From: Tubiluchus corallicola
Taxonomy: Eukaryota > Animalia > Priapulida
NCBI GenBank assembly: GCA_030141605.1
Contig: JAQGDQ010001057.1
Coordinates: forward strand, 2,814-66,813
DNA: 64,000 nucleotides
Direction: 5' to 3'
Shown here in pieces: positions 13,701 to 28,200 of this stretch. The notes beneath the pieces were generated by a model. That model had not been told where the DNA came from and did not search any database. It saw only the letters and a program-made list of their open reading frames with translations. The stretch's first letter is position 1; each line of letters starts with the position of its first letter. Position numbers and translations under genes: made by a program.

Positions 13701-16700
13701 GCTCATTTTGAACGCCCATTCATCCACCAATGACATCATCCATCGAATGACAAACGAACAGCGTGCTATCAATTTCGATAAGAAGCGTACGCTTTTGCAA
13801 AAAATTAGATAGCTAATTTTGTAATATTTTTGCATGAGCATTAAGTAAGCTGCAGAAGTTGAATTAGTTTAAGCAGCACCTGCTAACAGAAAGTCACGAA
13901 GTGCTTGTGAAAAGTCAAGAAGTCTCCCAGTTAGGTTATGATTTTCAAGTAGACGACAACTACTACCACGCCCGTACATTTCTGTACAGAGGTAGTAAAA
14001 TTTAACCTTATACTTTATAGACAGCTTGTTTGCAAATTTCTTTGTTATATTCGTCCAAGTTTAAGTGATAAGAGTAAAATGAACCCAACATGCTTACTGA
14101 CTTGTCCTTTCCTTTAAGCTCAGACTTTGAGCTGGACACACAATAGCGTTAGGAAATGTTACTGTGTGCATATATATATATATATATATAGACTTTATAG
14201 ACTTTCTATCAAATTAGCAGAGCTGTTGTCATCATGTACTGTCATACTTCTGTTATCTTAACCATAGGTAGCAGTTTTCCACACTAGGGTGTCTTTATCT
14301 TGGGTAAAGCCTTCATTATGTTTATCCCACTGTCTTCACCTAGACTAATCATGTCAATTTATTTATATTTACTACAAAATTTCACAGTAACAATTTCGAC
14401 AGGGGCGGAATAAGCTTATCGTTAAGAGTAATGGAGTTTTTTACCACACCAAGAATAGCAGTGTTGCAAAAATCCTTAGTGATGGTGTCCTGTAGATGTC
14501 GATCAGCGTTTTCTGTCTTGGAGCTTGCGGTTTCATTTTTCCATTGCTGGATGATGAGTAGTTAGAGAAACATTTTTCAGGGATACTTGTCCCGTTGATC
14601 CTGCCTGCTTTATGAAGTACTTTTTCGGCCTCTGCCAGCCTGTTCTTGGTTACTAGCCAGTGAGGAGACTCGGGAATAATCCTGTAAATTTCAGAGTATT
14701 TAAAATTTGACATCTGTGCCAAATTTCTATCATAAGTATTGCCTTTTTGCTGACTTCGTGATAATCCCTATAGGGAATACTTTTCTTACCAATAATATGC
14801 CAGTGTGACAAGCAATGGTAATGTCACTTCAACTTTTCTTACCAATAATATGCCAGTGTGGCAAACAATGGTAATGTCGCATCAACTTTTCTTACCAATA
14901 ATATGCCAGTGTGGCAAACAATGGTAATGTCGCATCAACTTTTCTTACCAATAATATGCCAGTATGGTAATGTCGCATCAACTTTTCTTACCAATAATAT
15001 GCCAGTGTGACAAGCAATGGTAATGTCACTTCAACTTTTCTTACCAATAATATGCCAGTATGGTAATGTCGCATCAACTTTTCTTACCAATAATATGCCA
15101 GTATGGCAAGCAATGGTAATGTCGCATCAACTTTTCTTACTAATAATATGCCAGTGTGGGAAGCAATGGTAATGTCGCATCAACTGTTCTTACCAATAAT
15201 ATGCCAGTGTGGCAAGCAATGGTAATGTCACATCAACTTTTCTTACCAATAATATGCCAGTATGGCAAGCAATGGTAATGTCACATCAACTTTTCTTACC
15301 AATAATATGCCAGTGTGGCAAGCAATGGTAATGTCACATCAACTTTTCTTACCAATAATATGCCAGTATGGCAAGCAATGGTAATGTCGCATCAACTTTT
15401 CTTACCAATAATATGCCAGTGTGGCAAGCAATGGTAATGTCACATCAACTTTTCTTACCAATAATATGCCAGTATGGCAAGCAATGGTAATGTCGCATCA
15501 ACTTTTCTTACCAATAATATGCCAGTGTGGCAAGCAATGGTAATGTCACATCAACTTTTCTTACCAATAATATGCCAGTATGGCAAGCAATGGTAATGTC
15601 ACATCAACTTTTCTTACCAATAATATGCCAGTGTGACAAGCAATGGCAATGTCACATCAACTTTTCTTACCAATAATATGCCAGTGTGACAAGCAATGGC
15701 AATGTCACATCAACTTTTCTTACCAATAATATGCCAGTGTGACAAGCAATGGTATCGTCATTGCAGCTTGCAGCATCCTCCAATCTTTGAATATTAATGC
15801 TAGCGGTGGAAGCAGCATGACGCCCAGAGACCAGAAAACTTCATCAATTGTCAATGCCCACGCACGAGATTGCATCGGAACGAACTCGCACAACAAGCAG
15901 TAACCAGCCAGCGGTGCACTCTACAAACATTTTACTAAAGTTAGAAAAACTCACAAACACTGCCTCTACAAATGAAAATATTCACATATACGGAGTCGCA
16001 TGTTCGTCTATAGCAAAAGAAGAAAACTGGTAAAAATACAGGACAGACGTCGTACAATGAAAAGCATAAATATGTCGCTGTTACTTTACATTCATTCATG
16101 CATAGGATTGCCGTAGTAATTTGTAACTATAGAACTTACCGTTTCAAATACTGCAATGAAGAAACGCATGCACGCGTACATGATATATCCTTGCGAAAAT
16201 ATCTGTACGAAAGAGACAAGAATGAAAAGAACATATCCCGCTATCATCATCGTCTTTCTTCCAAACATGTCCGCCAGTGTTGTTATTGATATAGCACCAA
16301 CCAACTTGCCAGCAAAGAACATGGTGGATGACAATTCGACATAGATGCTTCTGTCGCACACGAGGTCCCACTGTGAGAATGAAAACAAAAAAGAGATGCA
16401 TGGAACATATACCGTGATAGAATTGTAATCTGGCTATTCCAGTGTAACATACGTCACTTTTTTGGTTGGTGCGTTCAGATTGGCAACTAGTAGTGATGAT
16501 AGAATGTGATGAATACGTTATGCATATCAGTTATGCTATAAAAGTATGGTTCTTGTGCAAAAATATACTTTGCTTTCAGACTTCTATAACTGTTTTTTCT
16601 TGGACAAGTCGTATGATGTGTATCTCAGACCCAGGCGGTGGGCATTGTGGTAGGACATTGTGTGTCGAAAAGGATGTAGCTGAAGTAATCAATATTAGAA

Positions 16701-19232
16701 ACAGAATCGACACAATTAATTACCTCGGATGTGACTTTTTGTAAATAGATGTAAATGTTCTTAGAGCACTAGTTACGTTACTCGAATATGCAAGAAAAGC
16801 TGACTAGCTACTACTTAACATACCTCTGCGACTATTGTCTTTCCATTGCTTTCATTATACCAGTATCCATGAGTACATGTTGTCGTGTTCCCGGTGAGAC
16901 TGCTGAAGTTCACGTATTGTTCACATCTGTCATCGCTATCCGGTATTGCACTTGTTAGATTTACCTCTTCGGGTACGGCGCAATGAAAGTCGACAGGTGG
17001 CGCGCCCTGGAAGGTGATGGCAAAGACGTGCCATGCCAGGATGATGTACAACCACGCAGTGCTGCAGAAGATGAAAAATTGCCATCTTCCGTATTTCCCG
17101 AATCCTGCCAATATGGCATCGACTTCGTTTTTCATTTCCACTTAGTGCTAAAGGTCGCTATGCTTTGCAAAGTGGACAAGCGTTGCTGGTGACCAACGAC
17201 CACTCTTCTATATTTACATTGTACATTTGCTGACAAGCGCACATGTGAGTTGCACAAATAATACATAGATAGGATAAAGAGTACTTGGTATTTACAAAGC
17301 ATAATTATTCACTACTGTAATAGACAAATAGAGAATGATATACCTTTATTTAGTACATATTTACATGTCGTGCATGATACAAAGATCACAGATGGCACAG
17401 CAGTTATTTGCATTTGAAAAATACTAATTATCGGTATCTATAAATTAAAGCATATCACAGATGGCACAGCAGTTATTTGCATTTGAAAAATACTAATTAT
17501 CGGTATCTATAAATTAAAGCACTACATGTGACAAAAAACTTTGTATAACATAACCAAAAGATCACACGACAACTTTTTTCATATTAGCAATGCATAGTAC
17601 CAAAGTTGCGCGAACAACTATAACACACAGGTAATTTATCATATTGCATTGTCTCGGTTTTGCATTGTTTATATGTTTCTTTCTAATGTATTAAGTTATG
17701 ACCCTAGCTTCGATCATTAATTTTATTAGTTAATTTGATTTAACTTAATTTAATTTGAACTAGCCAAACTGCTCAAGCAATCACAACCAATTTCATACCA
17801 ACCACAGCAGCAGCAGCAACAACAACAACAACAATAACAGCAACATAAACAACAACAACATGAACAACAACTATGCAATATTGTTAAAAATTAATCTCAC
17901 ACTTGTTTTCAATTTGAAATATTATAGCTCAAGTTAGAACAGTGGGTGAAGACAGTACGTGGAACAGCCACACATTCCTAAAAGACAAAGACGTAGCTGT
18001 TCCAATAGCGTGCTCTTATAACTTAAAGATTAAGATATAGATTATTTATCTCCTTTAAGTTTTACAATACATGATAGGCGTAGTCATAATTTTGAAAATT
18101 TACAAACTAATAGATATTTGTTAGTGATGGTATTGGAGAACCTTCTAGCTAAATTCCAGACAGATTCCAGATAATCACCACATCCATCATCAAAGCATGT
18201 GGTGCAAAATGAAGTATCTTTCTTTAAATTTCTTTGTTTCAATTGAGTCTTTTGTGTCATCATTTGTTTTAATAGACTCTTGAGTTAAGTTGAAGACATA
18301 TATAGTTTTCTTTTGTATTTCTTCCATTCTGAAATGTATTGACATCAGTAACAAATACAACTGTGATCTCAAATACTGTAAAAATCTATTAGTTAGGATA
18401 TATATTTTCTTTTTTTATTTACAAAATTTACTAAAAATATTCCAAAAAATGTAGCTGTAAATCCATCTGAACCTGTTGTTTTGTTCCCATCCGGACTGCC
18501 GTACTTTATACACCGTTCACAATAAGAAAAAACATGGCTGCCATGGCCATCTGTTGTGCTCATTAGATGAATTCTTGAGGGCACACGCGGAAGTCGTGAA
18601 ATCCAACAGGTGGCGTTTCACTGAAATGCTACCACAAAAACACGCCACCTTCGGGTAATGTAAGGCACTAAGATGTTCATGTGCTATAACCAGACTTCTG
18701 CTGTTGCCGACGACGTAGGCTTTGCACTGCTAACAACAATTTGTCCATTCCTGCTTGTCTCCGTCTGTCCATCTCTTATATCCAGCTGCCCGTGCTCCTT
18801 CCAGTACAACCAATCTTCAAGACTCTCTGGCAACACCTTACCTTTTGTCTCCGGAAAGAAGATGATGACAAATCCGGCAAAGAATGCCAGAGATCCAAAC
18901 AGAACTGGTTGTAGCCACTTGAATTTTCTCTGCTGCAAAATAGAAAATGGCAGACTTATGAGTGCTGCTTAACCCTTTCACTACATTGTTGCAATTTAGC
19001 TCGGTCGCATTGACTTTTGAGCTTTTGATGATAACTTCTTGTGGTGTGTTACTAGAATCTTGTGAGCAAACAAATGTCAATTGTTATTAAATATTAATAT
19101 CGAACATGAATTTTATTTGTATGCTTGCTTATACACACATGTGAATGCGCACGCACACACGCACACACACACATACACACATGCACACACACACACGCGT
19201 GCACACACACACTCGCACACACACACACGCAT

Positions 19233-19288
<56 letters not shown>

Positions 19289-22200
19289 GCTGTAGGTCAA
19301 AGGCTAAGTGTATCACAGCAACATGTCTCAACTATAACCGTCGTGTGACATGTGGGTAAACAAAAGCCGTCTGCCACATCAGTTTAGTTGTTTTACGTGG
19401 ATTTTTGTTGCATTGATTTTAGGGTCACATTCTTTTGCCCATCTTTGTCTTAGTGAGAATTACCTTGAAATTTTAATGACATTAAAATCTGGTTTTAAGA
19501 CTCCATTTCACGCTTACCAACTGTTCATCTCAAGCTGCAAAAATTTTGCTGAGGATGATTACTTATCTGTCTTAAATTAGAGTAGCTAAGACGTACCAGT
19601 GTTATGGTTAACGGTGCAATCATGGAGCCAACTCTTGCTACACTCGACGACATGCCTATTCCAGAATTTCTGAAAATAATCATCCAGCTTTAGCGTGACA
19701 GCAAGGACTTGGTTTTTGGCTTTCCAACGTCAAGATGTTACATCATTAAGATTTCCGTACTAAGACTAGATGCAGTGATCATTTTTCGACAAATTTCTCA
19801 AATTAGGTAGCAACTAACGATGACGTTTATTATTTATGACTGTGATTGCCAGAATATCTTATAAACCACTGCGGTTTATTTTAACAATTTTTACGGGTAA
19901 TGAATTGGAGAAAGAAAGGAATCGCTGAAACATGACTAGAAGTTCAGCTGGCATAGCATGGAGAACTATGAACTATGAATTTATTTCTCACACATCAAAA
20001 TACAATATCGTACACATTAATAAACAATAAATAAAATGATTTGAGTAGTGCGAGGTGAGTGTACGACCATACGGTCATTAACACACTCACCTTACTTAAA
20101 TGAAAAAATGATTATAGTTATGCATGCTTCTGTAGATAACTTAATGTAAATAAGGATGAAGTAAATGATGTAATAATTTGAGTAGTGCGAGGTGAGTGTA
20201 CGACCATACGGTCATTAACACACTCACCTTACTTAAATGAAAAAATGATTATAGTTATGCATGCTTCTGTAGATAACTTAATGTAAATAAGGATGAAGTA
20301 AATGATGTAATAATTTGAGTAGTGCGAGGTGAGTGTACGACCATACGGTCATTAACACACTCACCTTACTTAAATGAAAAAATGATTATAGTTATGCATG
20401 CTTCTGTAGATAACTTAATGTAAATAAGGATGAAGTAAATGATGTAATAATTTGAGTAGTGCGAGGTGAGTGTACGACCATACAGTCATTAACACACTCA
20501 CCTTACTTTAATGAAAAAATGATTATAGTTATGCATGCTTCTGTAGATAACTCAATGTAAATAAGGATGAAGTAAATGATGTAATAATTTGAGTAAGACG
20601 AGGTGAGTGTACGACCATATGGTCATTAACACACTCACCTTACTTAGATGAAAAAATGATTACAGTTATGCATGCTTCTGTAGATAACTTAATGTAAATA
20701 AGGATGAAGTAAATGATGTAATAATAGCAAGGAAACATAAGGAAAACATTAAGAAAGGAAAACATAATATGTAATTACGATTTTGATATAGGCTGCGATG
20801 AATGAATAATTTCATTTAAATTGATTTATACCTTTTACTAATAAAGTAACAAAGGTCATAAAGACACCTATTAGTATTAGTATGGATAACTAATTCCAGG
20901 TCTCGAGTTCAAATCCCGACAAGTCCACAATTTTTCAGCGTTTTTCTATCTCATTACCCGTATCACAGTTACCGGATTTTTGATTTTTAATATTAATGAT
21001 TTTTTAACAAATTTGGAATTTTTTTGCAAAATAATCTCTAACAAACACACTGGCATAGTAATTTCTATTGGCGTTTCATACAATTCATCTTGTAAAGGTT
21101 TGTTTTAAGTGCAGATATGAAATGTTAGACTCACCTGACCACTGTAGGGTATATTTCAGCAGTGTACAAATACAGACCCATAAAGGAAGCCGAGTTTGCT
21201 GCCTTGCCAAGTGTTACTACCGTTGTGGTAAGCCAGGATAACCTTTCTGCAAATATAAAGTATTTGTAGGCCTTGTTGTTTAACCCTTTCAGTCCCAAAT
21301 TATTTTTTTAATAAGAAATTCTTTTTGGCTCGGTACTTTTGTTCAGTATGTCCATCTTGTTTACACATAATAATTATTTTTTCTACCTGTGCCCGCGTGC
21401 TAAATATAGCCTGTATCCCACGGGATACATTGGGATTCAATGGAAGCATAAAATGTGCTTCATTTTGCAACTGCTGATAATTTTTAAAGTATTTAAGACA
21501 TTTAGTATGCATGCTATGCTGATCTGTACAAAGTCGTCTCTAAAGTACTGTACCTTGCGCAGTTTTTTATGCTATGTAGATTTTCTAGTTTGCTATTTTA
21601 TCACGATTTTTAGTCTATTGTTATTGGCTTAAATCAAAATAACTATTAACAGATCAAATAACTGTCAGTTTTAAAATTTTATTAATTTTAAAGGCAGAAA
21701 ATATTTTCGTATCCCACGAGATACAGCGGGTGTGAAAGGGTTAAACATCAAAGTCAAACTGTGTCAATTAAAATGTGCTGAGAAATGGGTTATTAGAGAA
21801 CCAACTACAAAATCCTTCTGCTTTAAAGGAAAAGCATTATTTTTCGTATGCTGCTGTATTATGAAATACAGTAAAAAAAGTACATTTTAACACTTGTAAT
21901 AATGCCAAAGTGTTTCTGATAATTAAATAATAGATTAAAAACTTAATTAACAGCGGGCGAGCCCAACTATTGATGACATCACAACTGAACATAATTTCCA
22001 ACAGCACAAACATTCCACGAGCGTGTTGCACGTGTTTGCTAAAAGGAAAATTGAAGTTCAGTCGTACGGTACAATTCGACTGAGATACACAAAAACTGGC
22101 CAAATCTATGTTTAAAATTTAAATTTTAAATCCACCACTGTCTCATCATAAGATTTCGCCAAAAACGTGTGCTACATGAGAAACGAACTCAGAGGTGCAG

Positions 22201-25200
22201 CACCTGTTTTTTGCAGCTCGGCGCAGGTGGTGTATCCATCTAACTAACGAATGGCGAAATGCATATAACAGGACGCGAACGCGAACTTAAACCTCTGTTG
22301 TAATAATTCCCGGAAGTCATTCTTAAAAAAACAATTATTCTCTTTCAATATTTTATACTTTAGATTATCTTGCGCAATAGCTTAAAATAGAGTTCTATTC
22401 TCCTTTAAATGACAAAATCTATCTTTGGGGAGGTTTGCAAACGTTTGCTTACCTGTTTCTCTTGGAATGAAGAGAAGGCAAGCCAGCGCTGCACCACAAA
22501 AGAGGTGAAATCCTGACAGCGATTTTACTCTTCCAAACCTGAAATGTTCATTGAGCTTGTTGGTTACAATGTAAGATGCTGTTCAAGTCTGAAAATAGGC
22601 TGACAGATTTTTTTTAGCTATTATTAACATCATTGATTTTTAAACGTACATGTACACTACAGTTTGATAAGTCGTTTAGCTACATAGCTGCTTTACGTTC
22701 GGTTTAAGTTTTTGCTGCTAAATATTTCGGTTTGGATAATAAATCTACACCGTAGTTACGCGGCTTACCGTTCTGCACAAATTTGGGCCAAAAAGTAGGC
22801 CGGAAGTTCTACGGCTCCCGACAAGAATAAGTTCAGATGAAGACTGCCTGTCAGTTCTCCTACACCCAAGGTTAGGCCGTAATATACGAGTGCATTCACT
22901 ATCCTGCAAATGAATTAATTAGAGACAGTATTAGGTAATTACATGAGTTGTAATCGTGCATGCTAAGCAACTAATATATTCTTTGCCCTTGTCACCATGT
23001 TATAGGCTTATTAATTTTTCTGGACGGTCTTGTATGTTTCAATTTTCTACTACTTTGTTTGGGTAAACTTTGTTAGCAATTTGAAAATTTAAACTTTCTC
23101 TCTGTGAAGATATGTTCCTAAGTTTCTTCTGGAAACTTGTAGTTAGTACCAGGTGAAGATATGTTCCTAAGTTACTTCTGGAAACTTGTAGTTAGTAGCA
23201 GGTGAAGATATGTTCCTAAGTTACTTCTGGAAACTTGTAGTTAGTACCAGGTGAAGATATGTTCCTAAGTTACTTCTGGAAACTTGTAGTTAGTACCACG
23301 TGAAGATATGTTCCTAAGTTACTTCTGGAAACTTGTAGTTAGTAGCAGGTGAAGATATGTTCCTAAGTTACTTCTGGAAACTTGTAGTTAGTACCAGGTG
23401 AAGATATGTTCCTAAGTTACTTCTGGAAACTTGTAGTTAGTAGCAGGTGAAGATATGTTCCTAAGTTACTTCTGGAAACTTGTAGTTAGTACCAGGTGAA
23501 GATATGTTCCTAAGTTACTTCTGGAAACTTGTAGATAGTACAGGTGAAGATATGTTCCTAAGTTACTTCTGGAAACTTGTAGTTAGTACCAGGTGAAGAT
23601 ATGTTCCTAAGTTACTTCTGGAAACTTGTAGTTAGTAGCAGGTGAAGATATGTTTCTAAGTTACTTCTGGAAACTTGTAGTTAGTAGCAGGTGAAGATAT
23701 GTTCCTAAGTTACTTCTGGAAACTTGTAGTTAGTACCAGGTGAAGATATGTTCCTAAGTTACTTCTGGAAACTTGTAGTTAGTAGCAGGTGAAGATATGT
23801 TCCTAAGTTACTTCTGGAAACTTGTAGTTAGTACCAGGTGAAGATATGTTCCTAAGTTACTTCTGGAAACTTGTAGTTAGTACCAGGGTGAAGATATGTT
23901 CCTAAGTTACTTGTTGGAAACTTGTAGTTAGTACCAGGTGAAGATATGTTCCTAAGTTACTTCTGGAAACTTGTAGTTAGTACCAGGTGAAGATATGTTC
24001 CTAAGTTACTTCTGGAAACTTGTAGTTAGTACCAGGTGAAGATATGTTCCTAAGTTACTTCTGGAAACTTGTAGTTAGTACCAGGTGAAGATATGTTCCT
24101 AAGTTACTTCTGGAAACTTGTAGTTAGTACCAGGTGAAGATATGTTCCTAAGTTACTTCTGGAAACTTGTAGTTAGTACAGGTGAAGATATGTTCCTAAG
24201 TTACTTCTGGAAACTTGTAGTTAGTACCAGGTGAAGATATGTTCCTAAGTTACTTCTGGAAACTTGTAGTTAGTACCAGGTGAAGATATGTTCCTAAGTT
24301 ACTTCTGGAAACTTGTAGTTAGTACCAGGTGAAGATATGTTCCTAAGTTACTTCTGGAAACTTGTAGTTAGTACCAGGTGAAGATATGTTCCTAAGTTAC
24401 TTCTGGAAACTTGTACTTAGTACCAGGCTGATACTGTTGTGAAACGTTACGACTCAGAGTGCATTTACCTAGTTTTTGGTAATCGTTTCCTAGGTCTGTT
24501 CATGCCTATAGCTGGTATAAAATAGTAAGGGAAGATAGAGAAGAGAGAAATGAGGCAGTGTGGAGCGATACGCGCTGCCTCTAGAATAAGTGTAAAGTTA
24601 AATATAACGTTATATAACGCAAACAATGTTTTGGAGTAGTGAACGAATTAATCTTTCTTCTGAAGTGTTTGACAAAGTAAAAAAAAACGTTATTTCTCAA
24701 GCTTGATAGTTTCTGTTAGTTTATGACTCTATACCAGGGGTGTGCAAATTATCTGACTAGCCGGGCCACATTAAACTTTCCCGCAGTTCCTGCGAGCCAC
24801 AGGCAGTTTGATCAAGGAGCCAAGTACAGAAAGGCCTAATAACGATTTTTTGCATCCGACCTGTGTACATCATTACTACTACACTCAAGAAACTATTTTA
24901 GAAGTTATTAAAATTTATATTACAAACCATATATTTCTACTTTCAGGACAGATTGTGGTAATTTCATTACAATGCATATTAGTAATGTGTATCACACAGT
25001 CTGTGTAGTACAGTGACATTAAGCTACAACCGTCTTGTAAGGGTTAATGGCATCCGATCTAGTAGAAAAAACTACCCGCACTATCTTTGGGATCGTGGCA
25101 GGGACTTCAGCTGGATACACTCAATTAATCGCCCGGGCCGCACTTTCATTAGGTTGACAAATCTCTTCGCGGGCCGGTATTTGCACTCCCCTGCTCTAGA

Positions 25201-28200
25201 TTTTGCATTCCGACCATTACTGGAGCGATGAAAGTGTTAATTTCGTAAGTCATAAGTCATTTATTTCACCTCACGCATTTACAATAGTTACATATACAAT
25301 ATCTAGTGAAAGGGCCTACAATGAACAATACAAATAAGAAATACTGCACATAAAAAGCCTCAAACACTGTTCACCTATGTACGAAGGTAAACGTGTTGCG
25401 GGCAATCAGGGCTTGTTAGATTGTCCCACACAGTGACAGAAAGAAAAGTAATGGAAATAATCTGAAAATTTAAAGTGAATCGTGATAAAAAAACATTAGT
25501 GCTTAAAATGGAATGATGTAATGACTGAAGCTCATATATGGGATGATATAAAAGATGGAAAGACTATTATTTGTTAATAGTATGTAAAATTAAGATAACT
25601 TGATTAAGCTAACACCACTGTTTTGCAACTACTGTGAGTTAAAATAAAGTTATTGAGATTATCTGCATAACTGGTCAATACGCTGCAAATGTTTGTGCCT
25701 GTGTAAAGGCATGTCTTTGCTCGTGTGGTTGCTGGCTGCTGATGTTTGTGCCTGTGTAAAGGCATGTCTTTGCTCGTGTGGTTGCTGGCTGTGTCTGTGT
25801 AAAGGCATGTCTTTGCTCGTGTGGTTGCTGTGCCTGTGTAAAGGCATGTCTTTGCTCGTGTGGTTGCTGGCTGCTGATGTTTGTGCCTGTGTAAAGGCAT
25901 GTCTTTGCTCGTGTGGTTGCCGATGTTTGTGCCTGTGTAAAGGCATGTCTTTGCTCGTGTGGTTGCTGCCTGTGTAAAGGCATGTCTTTGCTCGTGTGGT
26001 TGCTGGCTGCTGATGTTTGTGCCTGTGTAAAGGCATGTCTTTGCTCGTTTGGTTGCTGGCTGGTATTTTCAATATTAGGCAGTCAAGTTATCTAGAGCAC
26101 ACGCTGTTTAAAAAAGCAAACTTGTTCCCAATTACGTATTCTAATTACCAGTGCCTATTTCAGCCTAGGCGAGGCCCGGGGAAGTGGGGCGTGTGAGGCC
26201 CCATCGGGGGGGGGGGCGCTACCATGGTTGACGCCCAGAAAATTTTTGAACTGCTACAACGCCGGAGAAGTATTTTCGAAGAGAAACTATGGAGTCATAC
26301 AGTTGTTAAAGGAAAGAACAATTGAAAGAAAAACTGCTTTATTCTCAAGACCAGTCCTTAATACTTGTCAATACTGGCAAACGGCGCGCGTGCAGCGAGA
26401 GAAGGAGAGAGAGAGAGAGAGAGGGGGGGAGGGGGAAGAGGGAGAGGGAGAGACAGGCGGTAGGTTCGCATAAAGCAAAAAAATGTTACCTTGGCGTGAG
26501 GCCCCCCTAGAGGGTGAGGCCCCGGGGAAGTATCCCCACTTCCCCCCCCCCCCCCTTGAAATAGGCCCTGCTAATTATGATACTTTGGCTTTCTTTACCA
26601 AATTAATAGCATCACGGTCGAGTAAATCCTCAGTGTTGGTGTTCTGTAGATGTTGATCAGTGTTTGCTTTTTTGATTCTTCTTCTTCTTTTGTCTTTTCC
26701 CCTGTTGGATTGCAGGTCAGGCAATTTTGGGGAACACGAATCCTGTTCATCCTCCCAGCTTTTTGCAGGATTTCCTCTGCTTCACGTACTCGGTTCTTTG
26801 ACACTAGCCAGTGAACGGATTCTGGCATAATCCTGTAACATTCAAAAACCTTTACTGGAACGTATTTGTTTTGTCCAGTTTGTCTGTCTACATGTTGTAA
26901 CCCAATAAAAATGATGAACACTTTGATACAGGCAGGTTGATTTCCTTTATTGTCAAAAAAAAATGAAAAAGTGAAGCCAGTGTAGAGGGGGGTAGGTTTC
27001 AACATAAATTGCAGTCTGAAATAAAAGTAAAAGCAACATTTAGGGAAGTTTAGCTTAATAATTCACCTAAGTTTAACACTCTTATAACAAAAATTAAAGC
27101 ACTAACTGCTCAGTTTAGCAAATCAGAAAAAAACACAAAAATATAATTTAAAGCAACATACCTTGACAAACTACATTATGAAATTCACCAATTACATTAT
27201 CCACCAGCAGACTATGAGACCTGAACTACTACTGACCAACATACAACAGCCAGGACTCCTGTTACAGCTCATTAACTTTAGTTGAAACCCAGTAAATGGT
27301 ATGTAAATAGATAGTACAGTAAACAGTTTAAGAAATAGGTAAATTAATTTTACAGCCAAAAGATGGCAGCACCTCCCTAAGATACTACAAGTTTCTGTTA
27401 AGTCTAAGTCTTAAAAAACATTCATTATGGCACAACTGCATAACAAAAAGTACATCATCAAATTGTTTCCTAAACAATACAGTATTTGGCTTCAATTTAA
27501 CTCCTTTAGTTGCTTTTCCCAGTTTCGAGAAGCCAGACACATCAATCTTCATCACGTCTTTCAACTGAAAATCTGTGACGTTTTGCTAAACTACTAAGTA
27601 AGTAAAATTGTCACTACGGGTTTGTCGGTTTTCTTTTCCCTGAAAAGAGCCAGTTTATTTCACTCTTACCAGAAGTACGCAAAAATGACAACCATTGGAA
27701 TGGTTATTGCAATCTGCAAGTGTCTCCAGTCGTGGAAAGGTAGCGCCACTAGTGGCATCAGCATAATACCGAGAGACCAGAATAATGCCGAGAGCACCAG
27801 CGCCCATGCTCTTGAGTCGATTGGAATACATTCGCACATGAGGCAATACGCTGCCAGTTCTGCACCCTGAAAAAAGCAGTCAAGTTTAAGAAACCGCTTC
27901 ATTACTCTATTCCTTGGCTAACATCTTCATGTGTGTAATGTACACTCTCAAACCGGGGTGGCGTTTCCATGGTAATTGAACTCAAATGACATTAAAACCA
28001 AACATAGACAACAAAAAATGCAAACAACTGCAAATGAAAAACGTACAACAGCACATATATACAAAATTATTATCAAAGGAAAAGGGTCGTCCGATGAGGC
28101 ACCGGGAAAGATTCAGATTTCGATCCCTACTCACTCTCGTCAAACTCTCCTGGTGGAGACTCAGTCACATTGATTGCCCGGGAAAGATTCAGATTTCGAT

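Noticed and set aside
17136-17141. ORF-track start of SLC22-A at 17141
   Set aside because: That codon is GTG. The ATG at 17135 aligns with the MKN start of paralogue B.
20880-20930. Box-B-like GAGTTCAAATCCC
   Set aside because: No intact box A or cloverleaf; at most a decayed SINE head.
1975-24427. Regular arrays as possible CRISPR loci
   Set aside because: Units repeat in full with no unique spacers, there are no cas genes, and the context is eukaryotic introns.
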